A program made the position numbers and the translations under genes. From IMG/VR virus record IMGVR_UViG_3300029989_000006: DNA of 64,000 bases. One strand, 5' to 3'. The notes below the pieces were generated by a model. The model made no database searches. It was not told the DNA's origin and saw only the letters and a program-made list of their open reading frames with translations. How positions within the stretch are numbered: the stretch's first letter is position 1; each line of letters starts with the position of its first letter. Positions 52,217-63,222 of the stretch are shown in pieces. Origin of the DNA: a virus.

Positions 52217-54199
52217 ATGATTTTTTTAGTAACTAATCAAGTTTCTTTTTTTAATCCAGAATGGTTTAAAATTATAAGCTTAGAAGAAGGAATTAATTTA
52301 CTTCAGGGATATGATGAGTTAGGAATTGACACAGAAACTACCGGGTTAGATTGCTATACTAAACAATTATTATTAGTACAAATCGGAAATGCAAAATTTC
52401 AAGTATTATTTGATATTTCAAGTTATGATGGAGTAATTCCCAAACCTTTGAAAGATTATTTAAATACAACTAATACTCTATTACTTCTACAAAATGCGAA
52501 ATTTGATTTAAAGTTTTTATTTCATCAAGGAGTAATCCTTACAAAAGTATATGACACCTTCTTAGCAGAGGTTATCATTACTAATGGTTTACAGTATGCA
52601 GGGCGAGATTTAGAATCCCTTGCATTAAAATATTGTCAAAAGCAGTTAGATAAATCTGTAAGAGGTGAAATTATTAAAAGAGGATTAAGTGATCGTGTTT
52701 TAGTTTACGCTGCGGAAGATGTTGAATTTCTTCCACAAATAAAAAGAATGCAGCTTGCAATAGCAAAGGATTTAAATCTTCTAAATGCAATAGCTTTAGA
52801 TAATTCTTTTGTTATTGTACTTGCATATGTAGAATATTGTGGTATCAAACTTGATTATGATAAATGGGTAAAAAGAACTGCTAAAAATGTTGAGGAAGCT
52901 TATGAATTAAAACTTAGGTTAGAAGAACAATTATTAAAAGATGACAAATCTCAATGTTTTTCTGGCATGTCTGATCTTTGGTCTGGCAAACAGGATTGTA
53001 TTGTTAATTGGGATTCTCCAAAACAAGTTCTTAAAGTTCTTGAAAGTTATGGAGTAAAAGTAACTGTAAGAGAAAAAGGAATTGAGAAGAAATCTATTGA
53101 TGCTAAGGTGTTAGATCCTCAGCGAGATAAATTCTCAATTCTTCCATTTTATCTTGATTATAAAGCTAAGCAGAAGGATATCTCTACTTATGGAACATCT
53201 TGGAAGAATAAAATTAACCCTATAACTGGAAGAATACATACTACCTTTAAGCAGTTGATGGATACGGGCCGCCTATCTTGTGGAAACAAGGATGATGGTA
53301 CCCCAAATTTGCAGAACCTGCCCTCAGGATATGAAACAAGAAGTTGTTTTATTTCTGAAAAGGGAAATATTATGATAGATGCCGATTATTCAAGTCAAGA
53401 GCAAATTATATTAGCTAACTTTAGTAAAGAGGAGAATTTAATTAACTTCTATGCTAAGGGATTTCATGATATGCATAGCTATATTGCATTTTTAATGTTT
53501 CCTAATATTAGGAAATATTCATTAGAAGAATTGACTCCTGATAAATTAGAATATATTAAGAAAGAGTATGCTGATAAAAGATTTTTAGCTAAGAAGGCAG
53601 GGTTTTCGATAAATTATGGGGGAAATGGATCTACAATTGCTCAAAATTGTAATATATCTAAGAAAGAAGGAGAATTTGTATACAAATCATACTTTGATTC
53701 TTTTCCAAAGCTACGCGAATATTTTGATTTGGTGTTAAGAAAAGCATGTCATTTTGGATATATTCAGTTTAATAATATAACTGGTAGAAAATATTTCTTT
53801 AATATTGCAGAAAATCATTATTTTCAATTAAGAGATCAAGTTGAAGATCCTTATTTTTGGCAACATGAACCAAATGCTCGAGAGATTTTTAGAAAATATA
53901 GCTCTGCTCAAAATGAGATGAGTCGTATTGCTCAGAACTTTCCAATTCAGGGTTCAGCTTCTGATATAACAAAATATGCATGTATTCTATTCTTTAAAGT
54001 CATTTTAGCAAACAAATGGTGGATGAAGGTTAAAATTGTTAATCTCATTCATGATGAAATTTTAGTAGAATGTCCTGAGGAAATGTTAGAGGAAGTAAAG
54101 CCTATATTATTAAAATGTATGGAAGATGCAGGTAAGCCATTTTGTGAGATTGTATCATTGAAAGCTTCTGCAGAATCAGGATTATATTGGGTTCATTAA
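52217..54199 (+). CDS. polA: family A DNA polymerase with 3'-5' exonuclease
   Basis: IDTETTGL, QNAKFD, YAAED; TGRLS, PNLQN, ADYSSQE, KKAGFSINYG, NFPIQG, IHDE. Confidence 0.95.
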   Translation: MIFLVTNQVSFFNPEWFKIISLEEGINLLQGYDELGIDTETTGLDCYTKQLLLVQIGNAKFQVLFDISSYDGVIPKPLKDYLNTTNTLLLLQNAKFDLKFLFHQGVILTKVYDTFLAEVIITNGLQYAGRDLESLALKYCQKQLDKSVRGEIIKRGLSDRVLVYAAEDVEFLPQIKRMQLAIAKDLNLLNAIALDNSFVIVLAYVEYCGIKLDYDKWVKRTAKNVEEAYELKLRLEEQLLKDDKSQCFSGMSDLWSGKQDCIVNWDSPKQVLKVLESYGVKVTVREKGIEKKSIDAKVLDPQRDKFSILPFYLDYKAKQKDISTYGTSWKNKINPITGRIHTTFKQLMDTGRLSCGNKDDGTPNLQNLPSGYETRSCFISEKGNIMIDADYSSQEQIILANFSKEENLINFYAKGFHDMHSYIAFLMFPNIRKYSLEELTPDKLEYIKKEYADKRFLAKKAGFSINYGGNGSTIAQNCNISKKEGEFVYKSYFDSFPKLREYFDLVLRKACHFGYIQFNNITGRKYFFNIAENHYFQLRDQVEDPYFWQHEPNAREIFRKYSSAQNEMSRIAQNFPIQGSASDITKYACILFFKVILANKWWMKVKIVNLIHDEILVECPEEMLEEVKPILLKCMEDAGKPFCEIVSLKASAESGLYWVH

Positions 54200-54564
54200 T
54201 AATAAAATAAAATTATGAAAAAAGGTGATTTAATAAAACTTACCAAAGTAAGTGATGATTTTTTCAACGGAAATCATCCAAATGGTATTTATGAAGGTTA
54301 TACAAGAATTGGAGAACTTCAGGATGATATTACAGTTGGAAAACGTTGTCATATTGTTCACCCACTTACTGGCGAATATTTATCAACCAGTGATGTTGTT
54401 AGTTTTGATGGAGAATTTATGATAACAACATATTCTACTTATAAAGCTGAATTGTTAAAAGATTCTGAGGAAGATAAAAATTCTGCAATTTTATAAAAAT
54501 TTTTTTAGTACTTTTATACTCTTATACCGTTTAGAAAATGTATGTAAAAATGAAATTATAAAGA

Positions 54565-57153
54565 ATGGGTTTAAGTAGGACTGGGCGTCAAAAACTTGGA
54601 GTAAAGAAATGGATGGAATTTGGTGGAAGAGGCACGTTTGTATGGGCTACTGGAGTTGGAAAAACTCGTGGAGCTATAATGGCAATTAAATCTTTTCTTA
54701 CAAAAAATAAAGGAAAGACTATAGTAGTTATAGTTCCAACTGAAGTTTTAAAACTTCAATGGATTAAAGAACTTGTTAAGTTTGAGTTATTCTTTGATGT
54801 ATCTATAGAGATTATTAATTCTGCTGTTAAAAAAACAGATAAGATTGATTTTATAATACTCGATGAGTGTCACAAATATGCCGGAAACCATTTTTATTCA
54901 ATCTTTACTCAAAGAACTCCGAAATTAATTCTGGGATTATCTGCTACTTTTGAAAGATTAGATGGTGCACAAATTTTATTGGAACAATATTGTCCAGTTT
55001 GCGATGTAATTACTTTACCTGAAGCAATTGCAAATAAATGGGTATCTCCATATAAGGAGTATAAAGTTTTAATAGAAGCACCAGATATTGAATTGTATAG
55101 AGAATATAATCAAAAATTTATCAATTCTTTCAGCTTCTTCAATTTTGATTTTGATACTGCAATGAAATGCTTGACTGATATTGTTTATAGAAGAACTTTT
55201 GCCAAAACAATGGGACTTCCACCAGGAGAGATTGACGCAGTTACTTTCACTTGGGGAAGAATGTTAAAAGCAAGAAAATATTTTGTTATGGATCATCCGA
55301 AAAAGGTGGAGATAACAAGAAAAATTCTTGATTATAGACCTAATAGTAAAGCAATTACATTTTCTCCAACAAAGAAACAGGCAGATGAAATCAAAAGAGG
55401 ATATGTAGTTCATTCTGGTAAAACAAAGAAAAAGAATGCAATAACAATTGAAGAATTTTCTAAGTTAAAAACTGGTGTATTACATGGAGTTAAAGGATTG
55501 AATGAAGGTACTGATATTGATGGTATAAATCTTGCAATTATCTTATGTAATAACTCATCTACTCAGGAAAAAACTCAAAGGGTAAAATTTTAAATTTATC
55601 CCATTATAATTTTTATATTTTTATAAAAACATATAATATACAAAGTCTTTGAATTATTTTGTGTAAATTTATAGTTATTAATTTAACTAATATTTATTAT
55701 GAATACATCAAAACTTTATGTATTAAAAGACCCGGAAACATTAGAAATTCGTTATGTCGGGATAACAATCAGAACTTTACAAAAAAGATTATCAGGACAT
55801 ATTTGCGATGCAAAATGCAGACCTGAACTTAATTACCATAAAATAAATTGGATAAAATCTATTTTAAAAAAGGGATTAAAACCTATTATTGAATTAGTTT
55901 TAGAATATGATTCTTTAGATTTAGCAAAACAAGCAGAAATGGATTATATTGCTAAATATAAACAAGAATATAAATTAACAAATTGTACTATTGGGGGAGA
56001 CCATTTAGGAGAAAGATCTCATTCTCGAGAATCTATACTTAAAAAATCTACAACAAGAGCTATTTGTCAATATAATATTTTTGGAGAATTACTTAGGGAA
56101 TTTGAAATTACTGAAGATGCTGCTAGATTTTTAAATTTATCATCTGCTTCTAAAATAACAATGTGCTGTAAGAAATTAAGACCTCATAGTCATGGTTATA
56201 TATGAAGATATAAAGGAGATGAATTAGGTGATATATCTAATATTGATGTCTTTTCTTTATCGTTTAATAGATTGGTTCAATTTGATTTAGAAGGTAATTA
56301 TATTGCAGATTATGATTCTTATTTAGCTGCATCTCTTATTGTTGGAGATCATTCTAAAGGAGGGAATATTGTTTCTGCATGTAAAGGAATACAAAAACAT
56401 TGTAAAGGATTTCAATGGAAACTAGAACCTAATTTTGAATATTTAGATGAATCATTTCTTTTAATAAATAATGATCCATCAATTAAAAAAAGTCTTATAG
56501 GTAAGTCTGGTAAAAAAGTAAATCAATATGATATAAACAATAATTTTTTAAAAACTTTTAATTCTATTTCAGATGCTTCAATAGAAGTATTAGGTACAAT
56601 TAATGGCAGAAAAAAAATAGTTGAATGTTGTGAAGATTTTGATTTAAAATATAAAAATTATAAATGGCAATACTGCCCACTAGAAGAGTAATTTTCTAGA
56701 AAAAATATTCCTGAATATCGGTGAATCCTTAACGTGTAATGACGATGGTAATACCGAGGCATAGGCTACACTAAAGTGTAGATTCAGCCGTAGAGACTTA
56801 AATGCAGGAACTCCTAGAAATAGGATGAAGATATAGTCCAGACCACAAACAATAAATCAGTAAGAATTCCATGGGAGGTGAGATATGCATGTCAAGTCCT
56901 ACAAGTCTGATGATTGGTGATGAAAATTATAGTGGTACGAGGTCGAGTGATTAGATTTGAAGAAAATAAAGAAGCTGAAATATTTACCTTAGTAATAAAA
57001 GGTACAGTAGAAGAAGCATGGTATAATACTTCCACAAATGGAAAGAATTATATAGAGATTACTGAAGAAGAATTAGATATAATTCTAGCAGGAGGTGAGT
57101 TGGAAAACTTGGAAAGAACTGCAGAAAAAAGTGATGTATTATTTAGGTTATAA
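54565..57153 (+). CDS. SF2 helicase, spliced (exons 54565-55583 and 56940-57153)
   Basis: ATGVGKT, DECH, SAT; splicing restores motif VI QRV|GRVIR. Confidence 0.9.
55584..56939 (+). mobile_element. group I intron in helicase motif VI
   Basis: U| start, G| end; core CTGAATATCGG...CAGCCGTAGAGACT...AAGATATAGTCC. Confidence 0.88.
55699..56691 (+). CDS. intron-encoded GIY-YIG-like endonuclease with NUMOD1 repeats, 1 in-frame TGA
   Basis: LYVLKDP..IRYVGIT...RL..H; three QY/FD..G repeats ending GYI*RY (TGA 56203), GFQWK, NYKWQY. Confidence 0.82.
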
Positions 57154-57419
57154 TTATGACAGTACAAGAATTAATTGATGAATTGCAATTAGTAGATGAT
57201 AAAACTATGGAAGTTTTAGTATATAATTGTTCAGATGGTGAGAATATGGTTATTGAAAATATTGATGTTTTAGATGGCCATGTTGATTTAAATATGGAAT
57301 ATTAGATCAAGTTTACTTATAGATAATTTTTATTAACAATATGAATTACCCAATTTAGTTAAATATCCCATAACGGATTAATTACCCAAAGTAAGTAAGT
57401 GGTTCAAAATACAGCATAA

Positions 57420-58034
57420 ATGCAACATTTTGAACTATCTCTAAATGAAGAGATTAATGTTTACATTAACAGTGGTATGACTCCTACTGAACTTTTTATT
57501 CTAAGGTTGCTATTTTTGGCGGCTGATGGAGATCAACGATATTTAATTAATTATATATCAAATATCTCTGATGGTAAGAAAATCTTAAGACAAGTTTTAG
57601 AATCATTAAAAGTAAAAAAAGTCATAAACTCCACCTTTAACATTCCTAAAGAAGGTGAAGCTTTAAATTTTAAGAATATTCCTTTTAATAAGGTAACTCT
57701 TAAAACATACATTAGGGAATCCAATGAATTAGGTAAAGAATTTTTCGATAATTATCCCATGTTTGTATCAATTAATGGGAAAATGTGTAGTTTAAGAAAT
57801 TTTACAAAAGGAAATTTTCAATCATTAGAACAGTTTTGTATTCATTATTCTGCACAAATTAAAAATTGTGGCGTAACTCATGAACGTATAATGGCTGCAG
57901 TTACCTTTGGAAGGGAAAATAATTTAATCCATTATACTATTTTAGAATTTATTGCCTCTCAGAAATGGATAGAATTAGAACACATAAAAAATTCTGACAA
58001 TATTAATGGCTATAACAACATGGAGTTATTATAA
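57420..58034 (+). CDS. hypothetical replication-region protein
   Basis: 204 aa upstream of DnaB-like gene. Confidence 0.7.
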   Translation: MQHFELSLNEEINVYINSGMTPTELFILRLLFLAADGDQRYLINYISNISDGKKILRQVLESLKVKKVINSTFNIPKEGEALNFKNIPFNKVTLKTYIRESNELGKEFFDNYPMFVSINGKMCSLRNFTKGNFQSLEQFCIHYSAQIKNCGVTHERIMAAVTFGRENNLIHYTILEFIASQKWIELEHIKNSDNINGYNNMELL

Positions 58035-58036
58035 AT

Positions 58037-59179
58037 ATGAAAAAATTAACAACAGAAGAATTTATAGATAAAGCAATTAAAATACATAGTAGTACTTATG
58101 ATTATTCAAAAGTTGTATATCAAAATACTAAAACTGCAGTTAATATAATTTGTCAGAAACATGGAGAATTTTTACAAAATCCTGTAATACATTTAGGAGG
58201 TTCAGGATGTCCTAAATGTTGAGGAAATCGATGCACATCAAAAGAATCTTTCATAGAAAAAAGTAACATTATACATAAAAACAAATATGACTACTCAAAA
58301 GTGATTTATTTAGGAAGTAAGGAAAAAGTATGTATAATTTGTTTAGAACATGGAGATTTCTGACAAACTACTAATAATCATTTAAAGGGAAAAGGTTGTC
58401 CTGTATGTGGTAGATTAAAATGTGATCTAGCAAGAATTAAATCAAAAGATTCTTTTATTGATGATTGCCACATAATTCATAATTATAAGTATGATTACAC
58501 TTTAGTAAACTATAAGACTAGAAAAGATAAAATTAAAATTGTCTGCCCTATTCATGGAGAGTTTATACAAGAAGCCAGTAGTCATTTAGCAGGACATGGT
58601 TGTCCTTTATGTAGCTGAGAAATTTTATCTGAAGATAGGGCTTTCTCTTGGGAGTTTGTTAAAGAACAGTGTAAGGAAATTCATAAAGGTTTATATAGTT
58701 ATCCTAATCAAGAATATAAAAATAGTAGATCTAAGATTGAAATTATCTGTAAAAATCATGGTGTATTTTTACAATCAATCACGAATCACCTACAGGGACA
58801 AGGTTGCCCTATTTGTAGATCTTCTAAAGGAGAACTATTGATTCACAACTGATTGAAAGAAAATAATATTCCTTTTAGAACTCAATTTGAATTAATTACA
58901 ACTGAAATTGCTAGAAATACTAATTTGATGAAGATTGATTTCTTTGTTAAATTTAATAATAAACAGTATTTTATAGAGTTTGATGGGATTCAGCATTTTC
59001 AATATGTCCCTATTTTTCATAAAGGAGGAATTATTGATTTTGAAAAAGAACAGAGAAGGGATAAAATTTTAAATGAATTTTGTGAATTGCATAAAGATAA
59101 AATAACTTTAGTTAGATTCAATTATAAACAAAATAATGAAGAAATAATTAAAGAATTAAATAAAATATTTATAAATTAA
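58037..59179 (+). CDS. free-standing endonuclease: four Zn-ribbon repeats plus PD-(D/E)XK/Vsr-like domain, 4 in-frame TGA codons
   Basis: repeat YxY..ICxxHGxFxQ...HL.G.GCPxC x4; IDFF...IEFDGIQHF; TGA at 58220, 58361, 58616, 58850. Confidence 0.85.
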
Positions 59180-60258
59180 TGTCGGTAACACAATTATTTG
59201 AAAATATTCAAAAAGGTAGGCGAGGAAATAATATTGGTATTAGTACTGGTTTACCTAAATTAGATTCTATTATATATGGAATACAACGTAAATACTTATA
59301 TGTAATTGCAGCCGATCAAGGTGGAGGTAAGACTTCCTTTGCTCTGGATGTATTTGTTTATAATTTATTTAAAAATAAAGAAAACCATGCTATAAATATC
59401 CTTTATTATTCTTTTGAAATGGCTGGTGATGTATTATATGCAAAACTTTTATCTAGATATATTTATGATACATTTAATAAAGTTATCACCTATGAAGAGA
59501 TTCTCTCTTTGACTTTTCCAATATCTGATGAAAATTTCATTTATATAGAAAAATCTAAAGATTGGTTGTTGGAACTTCAAAAATGTTTTACCATATATGA
59601 TAAGCCTTTATCTCCACCAGCTATATATGCTACTTGTAAAGGATGGCTAAGTAATTTTGGCACATTTGAACAAGTTGGAGACCATAAAGAAAATTATATT
59701 GAACATGATCCAACTTCCTATAAAATAGCTTTAATAGATCATATAAGACTAATTTCTGGCAATGATGCAGTAAAAACTAAAATAGATTTAGTATGTGATT
59801 ATTTTGTATATTTTAGAAATAAGTGTAATATGACTGGTGTTTTAATACAGCAGATTAATAGAAATTCTAAAAGTGTAGAAAGACGTCAGGGAGGATATGA
59901 ACTACTTCAATTAGATGATTTAGCTGATTCTTCGGGACCAGCACAATCCGCAGAAGTAATTATTATGCTTTATTACCCTTACAGAGAAAAAGTATCTTCA
60001 TGTGAAGGTTTTCCTATAAAAAATGTGTTAAAACACAAAGGAAGAATTATTCAAATTAATAAGAATAGATTTGGTAGATCAGATTTAAATATCGGCAGTG
60101 TATTTCATGGAGAGATTGGTATGTTTATTGAGCTTCCAAAACCCTCTGAAATTGCAGATTATGAACCATATCTAAATTTAATGACAACAGATATAGTTAA
60201 ATCAAAAGAAATAATAAGAGAAGATGATAAAGAAGAAAACAATATATTTAAGTTATAA
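59179..60258 (+). CDS. DnaB-like replicative helicase
   Basis: GISTGLPKLD, ADQGGGKT, SFEM, IDHI, QQINR, KNRFG. Confidence 0.88.
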   Translation: MSVTQLFENIQKGRRGNNIGISTGLPKLDSIIYGIQRKYLYVIAADQGGGKTSFALDVFVYNLFKNKENHAINILYYSFEMAGDVLYAKLLSRYIYDTFNKVITYEEILSLTFPISDENFIYIEKSKDWLLELQKCFTIYDKPLSPPAIYATCKGWLSNFGTFEQVGDHKENYIEHDPTSYKIALIDHIRLISGNDAVKTKIDLVCDYFVYFRNKCNMTGVLIQQINRNSKSVERRQGGYELLQLDDLADSSGPAQSAEVIIMLYYPYREKVSSCEGFPIKNVLKHKGRIIQINKNRFGRSDLNIGSVFHGEIGMFIELPKPSEIADYEPYLNLMTTDIVKSKEIIREDDKEENNIFKL

Positions 60259-60261
60259 AAT

Positions 60262-61896
60262 ATGGCGGAATTAGGCGCAATAGTTGGTGAAGCTGGATCT
60301 GGTAAATCAACTAGTTTAAGAAATTTAGACCCCACAAGAACATTTATTATTAATGTTGCAGGAAAGAATCTTCCTATTAAAGGTTTTAAAAAGAATTTCA
60401 AAGCATTGGTTCAAGATCCTGGATCTAAAGAATTTGTTGGAAATTTATATAATACTAGCAATGTTGATAAAATTATCCAAGTAATAAAGTTGGTCAGTGC
60501 AAAGATGCCTCAAATTAAACAAATTATTATTGATGATAGTCAATATTTAATGGCATTTGAAGCAATGGATAGAGCTACTGAGAAGGGGTGAATAAACATG
60601 CCCAAACCAATCTAACTGCGGGGATAACCTTAGAGTCTTTTTAACCAAACAATAGTAGTAATACATATTGTGGCTTTCAGTAATGATGAAAGGTATGGTA
60701 AAATCAAAAAGAATTGGTCAATTCGCATCCAAGTTTCCAAATTAAATTTGGAAAAAGGTTCAACGACTATCTCCGTGAAGGAGAGTACATTAAGATTATT
60801 TATAATCTTTTTGGAAACGGTTGGGATTTTTATAAAAATTATTCGCTATCTTTGTAAATTATAATTTATTAAAATAGCATATGGAAAAAATTAAAGGAAA
60901 AAGTAAAATGCCAGAATATACACAATGGAAATCTATGAAATCCAGGTGTTATTCACCGTCGGCAACAAAAGGAAAGTATAAAGAGAATAATATTCAGGTT
61001 TGTCCTGAATGGATGAATTCTTTTGAGACTTTTTATTTAGATTTAGGTAATTGTCCAGAAGGATTTACTTTAGAAAGACTTGATAATCTCAAGGATTATT
61101 CTAAAGAGAATTGCATTTGGGCAAATAGAACTACACAAAGTAAAAATAGAGAAGATTTTAATGATATAGTTACCTATAATGGGAAAACTATGGTATTAAA
61201 AGATTGGGCTAAAGAATTTGATATTAAGTACACGACCTTATATCAGAGAATTTACAGAAGTGGTTTATCTTTTGAACAAGCTATACAAAAAGATCCATTT
61301 AAGAAATTAATAACTATTGGAGAAGAGTCTAAAACTCTTAAACAATGGTGTGAATTTTATAATATGGAGTTTGAGTTAGTTAACAATAGGGTATCTAAAC
61401 ATAAATGGGCTCCTCTTGAAGCTTTAACTATTCCAAAAGGAATAAAAAGAAGTAAGAATTAAGATATAGTCTGAACTTTATAGAAATATAAAGAATTGTA
61501 CATTATGTACATAATAACAAAATTGATGAAAAATTTACTCAAATGGCTCAACATTTTTATTCTATACTTAAAGAAGCAATGAATGCTCGTGAAGATCTTA
61601 AGGTTTTCATTTTAGCACATTCTGAAAATATAGGTGATGTTTTAAATCCTTCTTATAAGATTAAAACTCTTGGTAAGATGATTGATAATATGATTACAGT
61701 AGAGGGATTATTTACCTATGTATTATTTACCTGTAAAAGAATGACAGATGAAGGTATATTGGAATATAAATTTATCACTAATTCAGATGGTACAAATACT
61801 GCAAAAACACCAATGGGATGTTTTTCTGAATTATACATAGATAATGATTTACAATATGTTTTTGATCAGATTGATCAATATAATAGTGGAGAATAG
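60262..61896 (+). CDS. AAA_24/Sak4-like P-loop ATPase, spliced (exons 60262-60589 and 61526-61896)
   Basis: GEAGSGKST, IIDDSQY; splicing restores RATEKG|YEKFTQMA. Confidence 0.88.
60847..60854 (+). promoter_or_regulatory. Bacteroidota-type -7 element upstream of intron endonuclease
   Basis: TATCTTTG, identical to 15020. Confidence 0.5.
60881..61462 (+). CDS. intron-encoded HNH-type endonuclease (standard code)
   Basis: WKSMKSRC, VCPEW..SFETF..D.G, TLERLDN..DYSKENCIWA; Trp coded by TGG. Confidence 0.85.
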   Translation: MEKIKGKSKMPEYTQWKSMKSRCYSPSATKGKYKENNIQVCPEWMNSFETFYLDLGNCPEGFTLERLDNLKDYSKENCIWANRTTQSKNREDFNDIVTYNGKTMVLKDWAKEFDIKYTTLYQRIYRSGLSFEQAIQKDPFKKLITIGEESKTLKQWCEFYNMEFELVNNRVSKHKWAPLEALTIPKGIKRSKN

Positions 61897-61898
61897 AA

Positions 61899-62459
61899 AT
61901 GATTAAAGGTGTTACAGTAACTTTTAACTTTGAAACAGAAACATCAGTTGTTACTGATGTAAAATGTTCTGTTGATGGAATGGTTAAGAAAACAAGAGCT
62001 ACAACAAAGAAATCTCATGTAGTCGAAGAAATGGCTTCGGAAAGTATAATTACTTTAGAAGAAAATAAACTATGCTTTAATAATAAAGCAGTTGCTGAAA
62101 TGGAACTGGTTTACGAGGATAGGATTGTTATTATATTTGAACCAGAAGGTCCAAAAAAGAATAAGATATTGATTCCCACAATTGGTAAAGATACTTCTTT
62201 CGACCAACCGGGATCTGGAAATAAGCTTACTAAAACAAATTCAATTGGGTATAAAGGAAAACAAAATGCTGTGCTGGCTGAGTTTGGAACTGAATTTACC
62301 CTAGAACCTTTTAAAGAAGGAATTTGGAAGTTAATTTCTAAAAATGGTGTAGAGAAAACTCTACAAGAAAAAATTGAGATTGTTGAAAAAGAAGAACCTA
62401 TAGTTATTATAGATGCAGATGAAACAGTACAAATAGATGAATTTGCATTTAATCTTTAA
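61899..62459 (+). CDS. hypothetical protein
   Basis: 186 aa ORF. Confidence 0.7.
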   Translation: MIKGVTVTFNFETETSVVTDVKCSVDGMVKKTRATTKKSHVVEEMASESIITLEENKLCFNNKAVAEMELVYEDRIVIIFEPEGPKKNKILIPTIGKDTSFDQPGSGNKLTKTNSIGYKGKQNAVLAEFGTEFTLEPFKEGIWKLISKNGVEKTLQEKIEIVEKEEPIVIIDADETVQIDEFAFNL

Positions 62460-62470
62460 TATATAATAAT

Positions 62471-63193
62471 ATGAGTGGTTTTTCATTCGGAGCAACAGCT
62501 GGCGCATCACAGAGCACAGCTAAACCAAAATTAGTTGGAAATAGTTTACACGTTGTTAAATTTGACGAATGTGTTTCAGATGATATCGTTGGGGTTAAAG
62601 ATCCCACAATTACATATAAAGTTTTAAAGCTTAGATTCTCTAATGATGATGGAGCTTTTGAACACACAGTTTTTGAACCAAAAGCTGAAGATTTTGCAAG
62701 AAAAGAAAATGAGATAACAGATAAGAATGGTAATAAACAAAAGATTCCTCAACCTTCAAATGTAGAATCTATGATGCTTTTATTTAAGCATGTTATTGAC
62801 GTTGTTAATCCTACAGTTGCAGGACAAATTGATAGAGAAGAAAAGAATCTTTCTGCACCTTCTTGGGATGTATTAAGAACATTGGTTATTTCTATTTTAA
62901 CTCCTGGAAAAGGAACTAAAACTACCATTAAATTATTGAAAAATAAAAATGGAGAAGCAGTTTTTCCTGGATTCTTTGCAGGATTAACTAAAGAAGGTAA
63001 AGCTTATGTCAGAAATAATTTTATTGGTGATAAAGTAGCATTTAGTGCTTATGAAGTTGATAGAATTAAAAATGAAGCAAATGCTATTGTAACCAAAACT
63101 AATAATTTTGCAGGAAATTCTACATCTGATTTTACTATTGATACTCCTAATGGTGAAGCTTTAGATATGAATTTTGAAGTAACAGGATTGTAA
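62471..63193 (+). CDS. putative single-stranded DNA-binding protein
   Basis: position between AAA ATPase and primase; flexible acidic tail. Confidence 0.55.
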   Translation: MSGFSFGATAGASQSTAKPKLVGNSLHVVKFDECVSDDIVGVKDPTITYKVLKLRFSNDDGAFEHTVFEPKAEDFARKENEITDKNGNKQKIPQPSNVESMMLLFKHVIDVVNPTVAGQIDREEKNLSAPSWDVLRTLVISILTPGKGTKTTIKLLKNKNGEAVFPGFFAGLTKEGKAYVRNNFIGDKVAFSAYEVDRIKNEANAIVTKTNNFAGNSTSDFTIDTPNGEALDMNFEVTGL

Positions 63194-63222
63194 AAAATAT
63201 TTTGGAGTAAAACAATTTATTT

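Larger units (their letters stand above)
60590..61525 (+). mobile_element. group I intron in AAA ATPase
   Basis: U| start, G| end; AACTGCGGGG, CAATTCGCATCCAAG, GGTTCAACGACTA, TAAGATATAGTCT. Confidence 0.88.

Noticed and set aside
52217-54199. Intein or intron in polA
   Set aside because: Motifs are contiguous and the length fits an exonuclease plus polymerase protein.
58596-60864. ORFs 58596..58841 and 60670..60864
   Set aside because: The first is an alternative frame inside the TGA-containing endonuclease; the second lies in a group I intron core.
72-62667. All minus-strand ORFs in the track
   Set aside because: Short shadows of plus-strand genes or RNAs with no recognisable motifs.
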